From the NCBI GenBank assembly GCA_017633255.1, contig JAGBPS010000022.1, positions 2,963 to 66,962 of the forward strand: DNA of 64,000 nucleotides, read 5' to 3'. A program made the translations under genes and the position numbers. The notes beneath the pieces are model-generated. The model had not been told where the DNA came from, did no database searches, and worked only from the letters and a program-made list of their open reading frames with translations. This document shows, one piece after another, positions 44,607 to 52,667 of the stretch (position 1 is its first letter; every line of letters starts with the position of its first letter). Source of the DNA: Bacteroidales bacterium (GTDB lineage Bacteria; Bacteroidota; Bacteroidia; Bacteroidales; WCHB1-69).

Positions 44607-44972
44607 TCAAATCCTTAATACGACTTCTGCGGGTATGTCCAGTTTGATGCACATCATACGGGCTGTCTGAAGTGTTGGGTCAGCATTTCCATTGATGATT
44701 TCACTCATTCGTGGAGCACTTATTCCGAGCATCTCTGCCATGGTTCTCTGTGACAGTCGCATATCATGCATGCATTTCCTTAGGTAATTGGAGAGCACTT
44801 CGCGCCCCATTGGATAGTGGATATTCTCATATTCTTCAACTAAGTCTATTAACATATCCAATTCCAAATAGTTGGGGTCATTTGTAGGGGTGTTGTCATT
44901 GACAATGTTGTCAAGCTCTTCAATGCGTCGCATTGCAGCTTGGTATGCTTCTTCTGATTTTAACTGTGCCAT
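44607..44972 (-). CDS. higA: HigA-type antitoxin (HTH, XRE-like)
   Basis: 121 aa. LSQRTMAEMLGISAPRMSEIINGNADPTL is the HTH. Begins 2 nt after the higB stop. Confidence 0.75.
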   Translation of the reverse strand: MAQLKSEEAYQAAMRRIEELDNIVNDNTPTNDPNYLELDMLIDLVEEYENIHYPMGREVLSNYLRKCMHDMRLSQRTMAEMLGISAPRMSEIINGNADPTLQTARMMCIKLDIPAEVVLRI

Positions 44973-44974
44973 GG

Positions 44975-45271
44975 TTATATGTTTTTGATGTCCTTAATTT
45001 TGTCATATTCACTGTGTGTACCTATAAATCTGATAAGCACATGACTTGGGTGGAATTTTATCAGTACAATAAGTCGATAGTCATTTCCTTTTATATTGAA
45101 AACATAGCGCTGATTTCCAACACTTGATACGGTATTGAAGGTGGCTTTAATATCAGCAAAGTTTTTCCAATCAGCTTTTTTTACGGTGTCATACCAGTCA
45201 TTTAAGGGTATGGTAGCGGCAGGATTTGCCACACAATACTCATTCAATATTTTTTTCGAAATCACTCTCAT
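44975..45271 (-). CDS. higB: HigB-family (RelE-fold) mRNA interferase toxin
   Basis: Track ORF 44975..45295 trimmed to ATG 45271 (MRVISKKILNEY..) because the longer start lies inside the -7 box (45293-45300). ADWKNFADIK..GNQRYVFNIKGNDYRLIVLIKF..IRFIGTHSEYDKI is HigB-like. Confidence 0.8.
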   Translation of the reverse strand: MRVISKKILNEYCVANPAATIPLNDWYDTVKKADWKNFADIKATFNTVSSVGNQRYVFNIKGNDYRLIVLIKFHPSHVLIRFIGTHSEYDKIKDIKNI

Positions 45272-45292
45272 GCCCTTTTGTTTTAACAGTTG

Positions 45293-45300
45293 CAAAGATA
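45293..45300 (-). promoter_or_regulatory. -7 box TATCTTTG (higBA)
   Basis: Plus strand reads CAAAGATA. 22 nt upstream of ATG 45271. Confidence 0.6.
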
Positions 45301-45348
45301 CAAAAATATTTCATGTTGCGAAATTATATTTTGTAATATGAAATTCAA

Positions 45349-45406
45349 GGCATCGAAGATGCCAAATCTCAGTAACCCCAGACTAAGTCGAAGACGCAGT
45401 CTGGGG
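45349..45406 (+). repeat. Hairpin element, copy D (diverged sequence, same architecture)
   Basis: GGCATC-GAA-GATGCC aaatctcagtaa CCCCAGACT-aa-GTC-GAA-GAC-gc-AGTCTGGGG. Confidence 0.75.
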
Positions 45407-45552
45407 TAGATGCGAAACTTGTGTATATCCTCCGCGGTGCGTCATGAACTTGCACCGAAGCACTGAACTTGCACACCGCGGAACGGACTCATCATAGCTG
45501 ATGCAAAAAATATGCGGCAGCTGTTGGAGTGTAGGCTACGATGAGTCCGTGT

Positions 45553-46140
45553 TTACAAATCTTCACCATTTGATTGATTATTGTAGTTGTCGTAATACAT
45601 AGTAATAGAATATTTTCCATAGTGTTCTGAAATTGTGAACCACACTACTTTCTTGGAAATTTGCTCAATTTCTTCTATAGATTTATCGTAATAGGAAGAT
45701 GCACCATTGGGACCAACCTGATAAAACCCAGCTTGATATTCTTTTTTGTGTACTGTCATTTCGTATGAAATATCTTCTGATTCACCTATTTCTTGGTTAT
45801 CTTTCATAGGTAGATATTTCTTGTTGTTTTCAAATTGATAACATAATTTGTTGAACCGGATTTTGATTTGGGATTCGCTTGTTTCATTCTTATCAATTAT
45901 GCAAATGCGGTAAACTTTATTATTTTCTGTTACAATTGCTATTAATACATCTTGACCATTGAACTCTCCTTCTAACATGTCAAGAGTTGCATCATAAGTA
46001 AAACCTTTGGCTTTCAATTTCTGAATCATGTCAATTTTTGTTCCGTCAACGGGGATACCAAGAAATTGTGTTACATCGTTTTGTGCAAAAGATGTTGCTG
46101 ACAACAACAGGATTAGTGCAACTATCAAAAATCTTTTCAT
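45553..46140 (-). CDS. Secreted hypothetical protein
   Basis: 195 aa with signal peptide MKRFLIVALILLLSATSFAQ. No family recognised. AT-rich. Confidence 0.6.
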   Translation of the reverse strand: MKRFLIVALILLLSATSFAQNDVTQFLGIPVDGTKIDMIQKLKAKGFTYDATLDMLEGEFNGQDVLIAIVTENNKVYRICIIDKNETSESQIKIRFNKLCYQFENNKKYLPMKDNQEIGESEDISYEMTVHKKEYQAGFYQVGPNGASSYYDKSIEEIEQISKKVVWFTISEHYGKYSITMYYDNYNNQSNGEDL

Positions 46141-46452
46141 GTTTTAAGGATTTTCTTGCTCTCCAGCACCCCAAGAGCAATTATACAAAAGAAGCGTGGT
46201 ACTGAATCACCGCACTTTGTTAGAAGGTCGTAGGAAACCCGAAGATAAAGATGTAGGTTAAAGCAGTCCACGCTGAAACGTGAGAACCGCTTGGCTTCCT
46301 TGCATCTTCAGAAAATTTCCTACGTTTTCTAACGCAAGTATAAGCGAAACGCTTCGTTTTTTCAACAAAATTTAGGTTTGAGTATCTACTCAAACCAACG
46401 GCAAAGATATAAAAATATCTTTTTCAAAATGCCAATCAGACATAATTGAGTA

Positions 46453-46489
46453 AAAAAATATTTACAACTACCAGTTGTAAATATTTTTT
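46453..46489. promoter_or_regulatory. Perfect 17-bp inverted repeat (candidate operator)
   Basis: AAAAAATATTTACAACT-acc-AGTTGTAAATATTTTTT. It ends 2 nt before the -7 box of the XRE gene and covers the -33 region. Confidence 0.6.
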
Positions 46490-46490
46490 G

Positions 46491-46498
46491 TATATTTG
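46491..46498 (+). promoter_or_regulatory. -7 box TATATTTG (XRE regulator)
   Basis: 20 nt upstream of ATG 46518. Confidence 0.6.
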
Positions 46499-46517
46499 CA
46501 TGTAAAATTATTTTAAT

Positions 46518-46805
46518 ATGTCTCTTGATTATTTGGAAGCACACCAAAGTAAAACAGCTTCAAAGTGGAGGGATGAAGCCGAATGGAGACGGATTAATCA
46601 TACGTGGCTCCGGCACTCACAACATATTGCTGTGAAATTGCTCTCTTATATGAAGAAGGAAAATCTCACACAAAGTGCAATGGCGGAACGTCTAAATTGC
46701 ACTCAACAATATATTTCTAAGATTCTTCGTGGTAATGAAAATATGACTTTGGAAATTCTTACCAAGCTAGAACAGGCCATGGAAACACAATTGATTGTTG
46801 AGTAG
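46518..46805 (+). CDS. XRE-family helix-turn-helix transcriptional regulator
   Basis: 95 aa. LTQSAMAERLNCTQQYISKILRGNENMTLEILTKLEQAM is the HTH. A perfect palindrome overlaps its promoter. Confidence 0.75.
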   Translation: MSLDYLEAHQSKTASKWRDEAEWRRINHTWLRHSQHIAVKLLSYMKKENLTQSAMAERLNCTQQYISKILRGNENMTLEILTKLEQAMETQLIVE

Positions 46806-46826
46806 GAAACGTTATAACAATTTCTG

Positions 46827-48764
46827 TTATCTCCCCACCTCCACAATCTTGAACTCAGTGCGGCGGTTGGCGGCGCGGCCTTCCTCGGTGCCGTTGTCAG
46901 CGATGGGCTGGCTCTTGCCATAACCTTTGTAACTTACTTGGCTGGCCTCAATGCCTTTCGACAGCAGATAGTCATACACCGCCTTGGCACGGGCCAACGA
47001 TAGACGGTTGTTGTAGTCGTCGCTGCCTTGGTCGTCGGTGTGGCCGCCAATCTCGATGGCTATGTCGTGGTTTTGCTTGAGGTAATCCACCAAGAGGTTC
47101 AGCTCTACGTAAGAGGCGGGCTGCAAGTCGCTTTTGTCAAATTCAAAGAAGATATTTTTCAGGATATAAGTCTTGCCAACTCCTGCCTTGTGAAGCGGAA
47201 TGTCCTTGATGTAAGGCTCCATTTCAGAGGCTTCTTGGTTAATCTGGAAGTTCTCGGAATAGAAGGGGTACAAGGGGTTGGATACGTTCAGCAGGACATT
47301 GGTACCGGTTAAGATACAAGCCAAAAACTCACCCGTTTCGGGGTCAGAGGTGGTGGAAGTTAGCAGTTTGTCCTGGTTGAGGTCTATCATCTCGATTTGG
47401 GCTTCTACCGGGCGTTTGGTGAAGGCGTCAATCACACGGCCTTTGAGGTAGGTAACAGGTGTAGGACGCAGTTTCTCGTCCAGAGTAAAGCTATACAAAT
47501 CCAAGCCACCGAAACCACCTTCTTTGTCAGAGGCGATATAGCCGGTGTTTCCAGCCGCATTGATGGAAATGTTGATTTCATCGGCAGGTGTGTTCAGCGG
47601 ATAGCCCATGTTGACGGGCGCACTCCAGCTCCCGTCGCTGAGCAGGGTGGAGTAGTAGATGTCCTTGCCACCCATACCGGGTCGTCCATCTGAACAGAAA
47701 TACAGGGTCTTGCCGTCGCTGTGGATAAAGGGAGCGGTGTCGTCGCCTTTGGTGTTGATGACAGGTCCAAGGTTTTCAGGCACGGAAAAAACGCCCTCTT
47801 CCGTCATGGTGGTTTTCCATAGGTCCACGCCGCCAAATCCGCCGGGACGGTTGGAGGCGAAGATAATGGTTCTGCCATCGGGAGCGATAGTGGGTTGGCT
47901 TTCCCAGTGCTTGCTGTTCACTGGCTCGCCGAAGTTGCGGGGACGGGACCAGCGGTCACCGATGCGTTTGGCCCAGTACAGGTCGCAGCTGCCCATGCCG
48001 TAATCGGTGTTGCAGAGGGTGTAAAACAGGTAACGGCCATCGGGCGAGATGCACTGCGCACCTTCGTTGTAGCCCGATTTGATGGGGGCTCCCATCGCCT
48101 CACGGGGCTGCCAGCTGTTGTTGACCTGCTTGCTCACATAAAAGTCTTCTTCCGTTTGGCAGAAGACACAAATGGTATTCTCGTTACGCGGCTGTCGCAC
48201 TGTGAAGATAATCTCCTGCTCGTCGGCGGTAAGAGCCGCCAGATATTCGTCATGCTCGCTGTTGATGTTCGGCCCCATATTGATAGGATTGAAGTGCATC
48301 GGGTTTTTGATGGCTTCTTTACCGAATTGTGCGGTTTCCATGGCTTTCTCAAATTCTTTCGCCAGAGGAGTGATGTCTTTTTCCCTTTCCTGAAAGATGA
48401 GCAGATGGTTGTATGCGTCTTGATAAAGTCCGCATTTCAATTCTTCCTCAGCGGTGATATAGAATAAAATAGGTTTCTGATTGGGTTTGAGTTGGATGGC
48501 TTTGTTGTAGTTGGCAACCGCCCCTACGGAATTTGACTGGAAATTGTACACGTCGCCTTGCAGCAGATAAGCTTCCGCAAAGTTCGGGTCCAATTCCAAA
48601 GCTTTGTCAAGGTAGGTCTGTGCCTTGTCGAAATGGTGGCTGTTAAGGGCGTCCTGAGCTTTGCGGTACAGGGCATCCGCCTTTTTGTTGGACGATTGCG
48701 CCATGAGCATACCGCATGACAAAGTCATGAACATAATGATCAGAAAGAACCATTTTTTACTCAT
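46827..48764 (-). CDS. OmpA-family protein with N-terminal TPR and TolB-like beta-propeller repeats
   Basis: 645 aa with a signal peptide and TPR repeats. Has repeated P.IS.DG..L.F.S.R.GG.GG.DL(Y/W) units and a C-terminal OmpA domain GHTDDQGSDDYNNRLSLARAKAVYDYL. Confidence 0.85.
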   Translation of the reverse strand: MSKKWFFLIIMFMTLSCGMLMAQSSNKKADALYRKAQDALNSHHFDKAQTYLDKALELDPNFAEAYLLQGDVYNFQSNSVGAVANYNKAIQLKPNQKPILFYITAEEELKCGLYQDAYNHLLIFQEREKDITPLAKEFEKAMETAQFGKEAIKNPMHFNPINMGPNINSEHDEYLAALTADEQEIIFTVRQPRNENTICVFCQTEEDFYVSKQVNNSWQPREAMGAPIKSGYNEGAQCISPDGRYLFYTLCNTDYGMGSCDLYWAKRIGDRWSRPRNFGEPVNSKHWESQPTIAPDGRTIIFASNRPGGFGGVDLWKTTMTEEGVFSVPENLGPVINTKGDDTAPFIHSDGKTLYFCSDGRPGMGGKDIYYSTLLSDGSWSAPVNMGYPLNTPADEINISINAAGNTGYIASDKEGGFGGLDLYSFTLDEKLRPTPVTYLKGRVIDAFTKRPVEAQIEMIDLNQDKLLTSTTSDPETGEFLACILTGTNVLLNVSNPLYPFYSENFQINQEASEMEPYIKDIPLHKAGVGKTYILKNIFFEFDKSDLQPASYVELNLLVDYLKQNHDIAIEIGGHTDDQGSDDYNNRLSLARAKAVYDYLLSKGIEASQVSYKGYGKSQPIADNGTEEGRAANRRTEFKIVEVGR

Positions 48765-48777
48765 ATATCATTATGTA

Positions 48778-49347
48778 TTAATGATTTAAAATTCTCTCTA
48801 ATACTTTTGGATACAACTGGTGCTCCAATTGATGAATGCGGGTTTCCACTTCTTCCACACTTTCTCCTTCTTTTTTCTTGAAGGATTCCTGGTCGATAAT
48901 GGGACCGGTATCCATGCCCGCATCCACATAATGAATGGTGATACCAAACACTTTTACGCCATGATTATAGGCTTTTTCGATAGAATGCGTGCCAGGAAAA
49001 GAGGGCAGCAATGCCGGATGGATATTGATGATGCGATGGGCATAATTTTCCAGCAACACCGAACCCACCAAGCGCATGTAGCCAGCCAGGGCAACCAGGT
49101 CAATCTGATAGGCTTGCAGCTGCTTCACAATTTCTTTCTCGTAAGCTTCCTTGGAGTCGTAGTCCTTGGGGTTGAAGGCGAATACGGGAATGTTGTGGTT
49201 ATGGGCGCGTTCCACCGCATAGCAGGCGGGCTTGTCCACTACCAACAGCGCGATATTGGCATGTAGCGTGCCATTGTTGGCAGCCTCTATGATGGCCTCG
49301 AAGTTAGAGCCGAAGCCACTGGCAAAAACAGCGATATTTTTCATCAT
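48778..49347 (-). CDS. purN: Phosphoribosylglycinamide formyltransferase
   Basis: 189 aa. Motifs IAVFASGFGSNFEAI, LAGYMRL and NIHPALLP. Confidence 0.92.
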   Translation of the reverse strand: MMKNIAVFASGFGSNFEAIIEAANNGTLHANIALLVVDKPACYAVERAHNHNIPVFAFNPKDYDSKEAYEKEIVKQLQAYQIDLVALAGYMRLVGSVLLENYAHRIINIHPALLPSFPGTHSIEKAYNHGVKVFGITIHYVDAGMDTGPIIDQESFKKKEGESVEEVETRIHQLEHQLYPKVLERILNH

Positions 49348-49446
49348 TAAAGCTTATAATTATTCATGACATCCGGATTTCGGAAAGGATTAAAATTATA
49401 GAGACGCAGTATGCCACGTCTCTACAATATATACTATACACTTATT

Positions 49447-50478
49447 TTACAGTAAATCAATTTCCACACCTTCCTTGTCGGTTACACGACCGATAACAGA
49501 GGCTTTTTCACCCAGTTCTTTCAGCATTGACAGGGTCTTCTGCTCGTCTTTGGGATCCACCACCAGAATCATGCCGACACCCATGTTGAAGATGTTGAAC
49601 ATTTCACGATGAGGCACCTTGCCGTATTTCTCCAGGAAGGGGAAGATAGGCGGAATGGTCCAGCTGCCTTCCTTGATATAGATACCTTGGCCGTCGTGCA
49701 GCACACGGGGAATATTCTCGTCGAAGCCGCCGCCAGTGATATGGCAGATGGCATGGATGTCAATATTTTTCAGCAGTTCCAGCACCGGTTTCACATAGAT
49801 GCGGGTGGGGGTCAGCAGGGTGTCGCCAAGTGTGCCACCCAATTCATCATAGTGCTGTTTCAGGTCTAATTGGTTATCCTTGAAGATAATCTTTCTCACC
49901 AAAGAGAAACCGTTGGAGTGCACGCCTGAGGAGCTGATGCCGACCAGCAGATCGCCCACGTTCACCTTGGAGCCGTCGATGAGCTTGCTTTTCTCCACGG
50001 CACCTACGGTAAAGCCGGCGATGTCATATTCGTCAATGTCGTACATGTCGGGCATCTCAGCGGTTTCGCCACCGATGAGTGCGCAGTCGCTCAACACGCA
50101 GCCGTCAGCCACGCCCTTCACAATCTGCTCAATTTTCTTGGGGTCGTTTTTGCCCACTGCGATATAGTCGAGGAAGAACAGCGGGGCAGCGCCCTGTGCC
50201 AGCACGTCGTTCACGCACATGGCCACGGCATCCTGGCCGATAGTGTCATGTTTGTCCATCATGAACGCCAGTTTTAGCTTGGTGCCCACACCGTCGGTGC
50301 CGCTCACCAGCACGGGTTCTTTCATATTGAGCAGCGAGAGGTCGAACATGCCGCCAAAGCTGCCGATGTTGCCCATCATGCCCAAGCGGGCGGTACGGGA
50401 AATATGTTTCTTGATCAGTCTTACTGATTCGTAACCGGCTTCCAGATTGACACCGGCCTTGCTATATGATTCTGCCAT
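49447..50478 (-). CDS. purM: Phosphoribosylformylglycinamidine cyclo-ligase (AIR synthetase)
   Basis: 343 aa. Motifs [22 protein letters not shown] and FLDYIA. Confidence 0.95.
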   Translation of the reverse strand: MAESYSKAGVNLEAGYESVRLIKKHISRTARLGMMGNIGSFGGMFDLSLLNMKEPVLVSGTDGVGTKLKLAFMMDKHDTIGQDAVAMCVNDVLAQGAAPLFFLDYIAVGKNDPKKIEQIVKGVADGCVLSDCALIGGETAEMPDMYDIDEYDIAGFTVGAVEKSKLIDGSKVNVGDLLVGISSSGVHSNGFSLVRKIIFKDNQLDLKQHYDELGGTLGDTLLTPTRIYVKPVLELLKNIDIHAICHITGGGFDENIPRVLHDGQGIYIKEGSWTIPPIFPFLEKYGKVPHREMFNIFNMGVGMILVVDPKDEQKTLSMLKELGEKASVIGRVTDKEGVEIDLL

Positions 50479-50488
50479 AACTATTTGA

Positions 50489-51547
50489 TTAATCCATTAT
50501 TAACATTGCGTCTCCGTAGGTAAGGAATCTATACTTTTCGGCCACGGCTTCCTTATAGGCCTTCATGATGAATTCATAACCGCCGTATGCGGCCACCATC
50601 ATCAGCATGGGGCTTTCTGAAGGATGGAAATTCGTGATCAATGCATCGCCGATAGAGAAAGTATAGGGAGGGAAGATGAACTTGTTGGTCCAGCCGTCGA
50701 ATATCTTTACATGTCCGTTGGTATATACGGAGGATTCCAGGGCTTTCATGGTGGTAGTGCCTACAATGGCCACTTTGTGTCCGTTGTCACGGGCGTTGTT
50801 GATGGCATTGGCGGCCTCCTCGGTGATGACCATCGCTTCAGATTCGGTCTTGTGCTTGGTGAGGTCTTCCACGTCAATTTCGCGGAAGTTGCCCAAACCT
50901 GCGTGGAGGGTAATTTCGGTGAAGTCGATGCCTTTGAGTTCCATGCGTTTCAGCAGATGTTTGCTGAAGTGGAAACCTGCGGCGGGGGCGGCCACAGCAC
51001 CCTCTACTTTAGCATAGATGGTCTGGTAGTTCTCCTCGTCCTCGGGCACAATCTCACGCAGTCTCTGCAGGTCTTCCGGCAGTGGCGTCAAGCCCAGCTC
51101 GTTCAGCTTCTGCTTGAAAGCGTCGTGGTTGTCGTCGAACAGGAAACGCAAGGTACGGCCGCGTGAGGTGGTGTTGTCGATAACCTCAGCCACCAAACTC
51201 TCGTCGTCTCCGAAATACAGTTTGTTGCCGATTCTGATTTTGCGGGCGGGATCCACCAGCACGTCCCACAGACGGCTTTCCTCGTCCAATTCGCGGAGCA
51301 GGAATACACGGATTTTGGCACCGGTTTTCTCTTTCTCGCCGAACAGCAATGACGGGAATACTTTGGTGTTGTTGGTGACAAAGATGTCTCCCTCGTCAAA
51401 ATAGTCGACAATGTCCTTGAAAATTTTATGCTCGATGGTTTGCGTTTTGCGGTGCAATACCATCAGACGGGCTTCATCACGCTCTTCGGTGGGGAACAGG
51501 GCAATCTGCTCCTGCGGGAGGTGATATTTGAATTGCGATAATTTCAT
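50489..51547 (-). CDS. queA: S-adenosylmethionine:tRNA ribosyltransferase-isomerase
   Basis: 352 aa. [27 protein letters not shown] plus [12 protein letters not shown]. Confidence 0.95.
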   Translation of the reverse strand: MKLSQFKYHLPQEQIALFPTEERDEARLMVLHRKTQTIEHKIFKDIVDYFDEGDIFVTNNTKVFPSLLFGEKEKTGAKIRVFLLRELDEESRLWDVLVDPARKIRIGNKLYFGDDESLVAEVIDNTTSRGRTLRFLFDDNHDAFKQKLNELGLTPLPEDLQRLREIVPEDEENYQTIYAKVEGAVAAPAAGFHFSKHLLKRMELKGIDFTEITLHAGLGNFREIDVEDLTKHKTESEAMVITEEAANAINNARDNGHKVAIVGTTTMKALESSVYTNGHVKIFDGWTNKFIFPPYTFSIGDALITNFHPSESPMLMMVAAYGGYEFIMKAYKEAVAEKYRFLTYGDAMLIMD

Positions 51548-51550
51548 GCT

Positions 51551-51973
51551 TTATGCTTGTTTTTTATTTTCTTCCGATGAAAATTTATGTTCGTTTTCCT
51601 TTTTCAGAATGACCACTTCGAAAATGGAATACAGGAAGTAGATGATCATAAAAGCCACGACAAAGCGTATCTTGTCGTTGTCGGGGCAAAATAGCAAATA
51701 GAGTACGACGAATATAATGACGGAAAAGAACTTGATGATGCGCGACAGCATGTAGCTCGACACGAAACGCCTGTCGTTCTTGCCAATATCATCACGTAAT
51801 ACAATATATAATGTAAAGAGAGTGATGACAAAGAAGAAGAGCACGATGAAAGGCAGGGCAGGAGTGCTGTACTGCGGCAGTACAAGTTGCATAATAACCG
51901 AACAGGCCGCTATGACAGCGGAGAAGACAATCAGCCGGACTGAGAATTTTCTAATCGGTATTTTTTTCGCCAT
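51551..51973 (-). CDS. Small polytopic membrane protein, unknown function
   Basis: 140 aa, 4 TM helices. Overlaps the AtpZ-like gene end by 23 nt on the same strand. Confidence 0.5.
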   Translation of the reverse strand: MAKKIPIRKFSVRLIVFSAVIAACSVIMQLVLPQYSTPALPFIVLFFFVITLFTLYIVLRDDIGKNDRRFVSSYMLSRIIKFFSVIIFVVLYLLFCPDNDKIRFVVAFMIIYFLYSIFEVVILKKENEHKFSSEENKKQA

Positions 51974-52214
51974 GGTCGGGATGGTGATTGGTACGAAGGG
52001 TGTCTTTAATCACAACGTAGAAGGCTATAGCGACACCTAACAAGGAACAAACCAGTGTCAGAATGGGTTTGGTATGCAGCCATTCATCCAGTTTTACACC
52101 TCCAAAAGCCCCGGCGGCAATGATGAAAAACATTTCAAACGCCATACCGGAATAACGCGCATAGTTATTCAACGATCGGGTATATTGGGTTTTCCTTTTC
52201 GTGGGTTGGGGCAC
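51951..52214 (-). CDS. AtpZ/AtpI-family small membrane protein
   Basis: 87 aa. Y.RYSGMAFEMFFIIAAGAFGGVKLDEWL plus a second TM helix resembles the AtpZ/AtpI family. Confidence 0.65.
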   Translation of the reverse strand: MPQPTKRKTQYTRSLNNYARYSGMAFEMFFIIAAGAFGGVKLDEWLHTKPILTLVCSLLGVAIAFYVVIKDTLRTNHHPDHGEKNTD

Positions 52215-52231
52215 CTTCGTGGGATTAAACC

Positions 52232-52627
52232 TTATTTATTGTCGTTGGCGGGTGCGGCAGGATGGACGTCGGCTTTCATGCCCTGCATCTTGCAGTTTCC
52301 GGCGAAGTTGGCACCGGGTTCAATCGCTAACTTGCCAGCGCAGATGTTGCCTACCAAGTTGGCGGTCGATTTTAATGACATCAGGTCTGTAACGGTCACG
52401 TTGGCCTTCACATTACCTTCGATTTCAATGGATTTGCAGTTGATGTCTCCATCAATGATACCGCTTTGTCCAACGATAACTTTGGCTTTGGATCTGACAT
52501 TGCCCTTGATGTTGCCGTCAATTCTCAAATCGCCTGAGCAGACTACATCGCCAGTAATCATGGTGCCGGAGGAAATAACGTTTACACCAGCATTGCTGCT
52601 CTCTTCTTGTTCGTATAATTTTGCCAT
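52232..52627 (-). CDS. Bactofilin (polymer-forming cytoskeletal protein, DUF583)
   Basis: 131 aa. ISSGTMITGDVVCSGDLRIDGNIKGNVRSKAKVIVGQSGIIDGDINCKSIEIEGNV is the beta-helix repeat. Confidence 0.85.
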   Translation of the reverse strand: MAKLYEQEESSNAGVNVISSGTMITGDVVCSGDLRIDGNIKGNVRSKAKVIVGQSGIIDGDINCKSIEIEGNVKANVTVTDLMSLKSTANLVGNICAGKLAIEPGANFAGNCKMQGMKADVHPAAPANDNK

Positions 52628-52667
52628 AGGAAAATGATTTTATGTTATTATTATATTTTGTGTCTTT

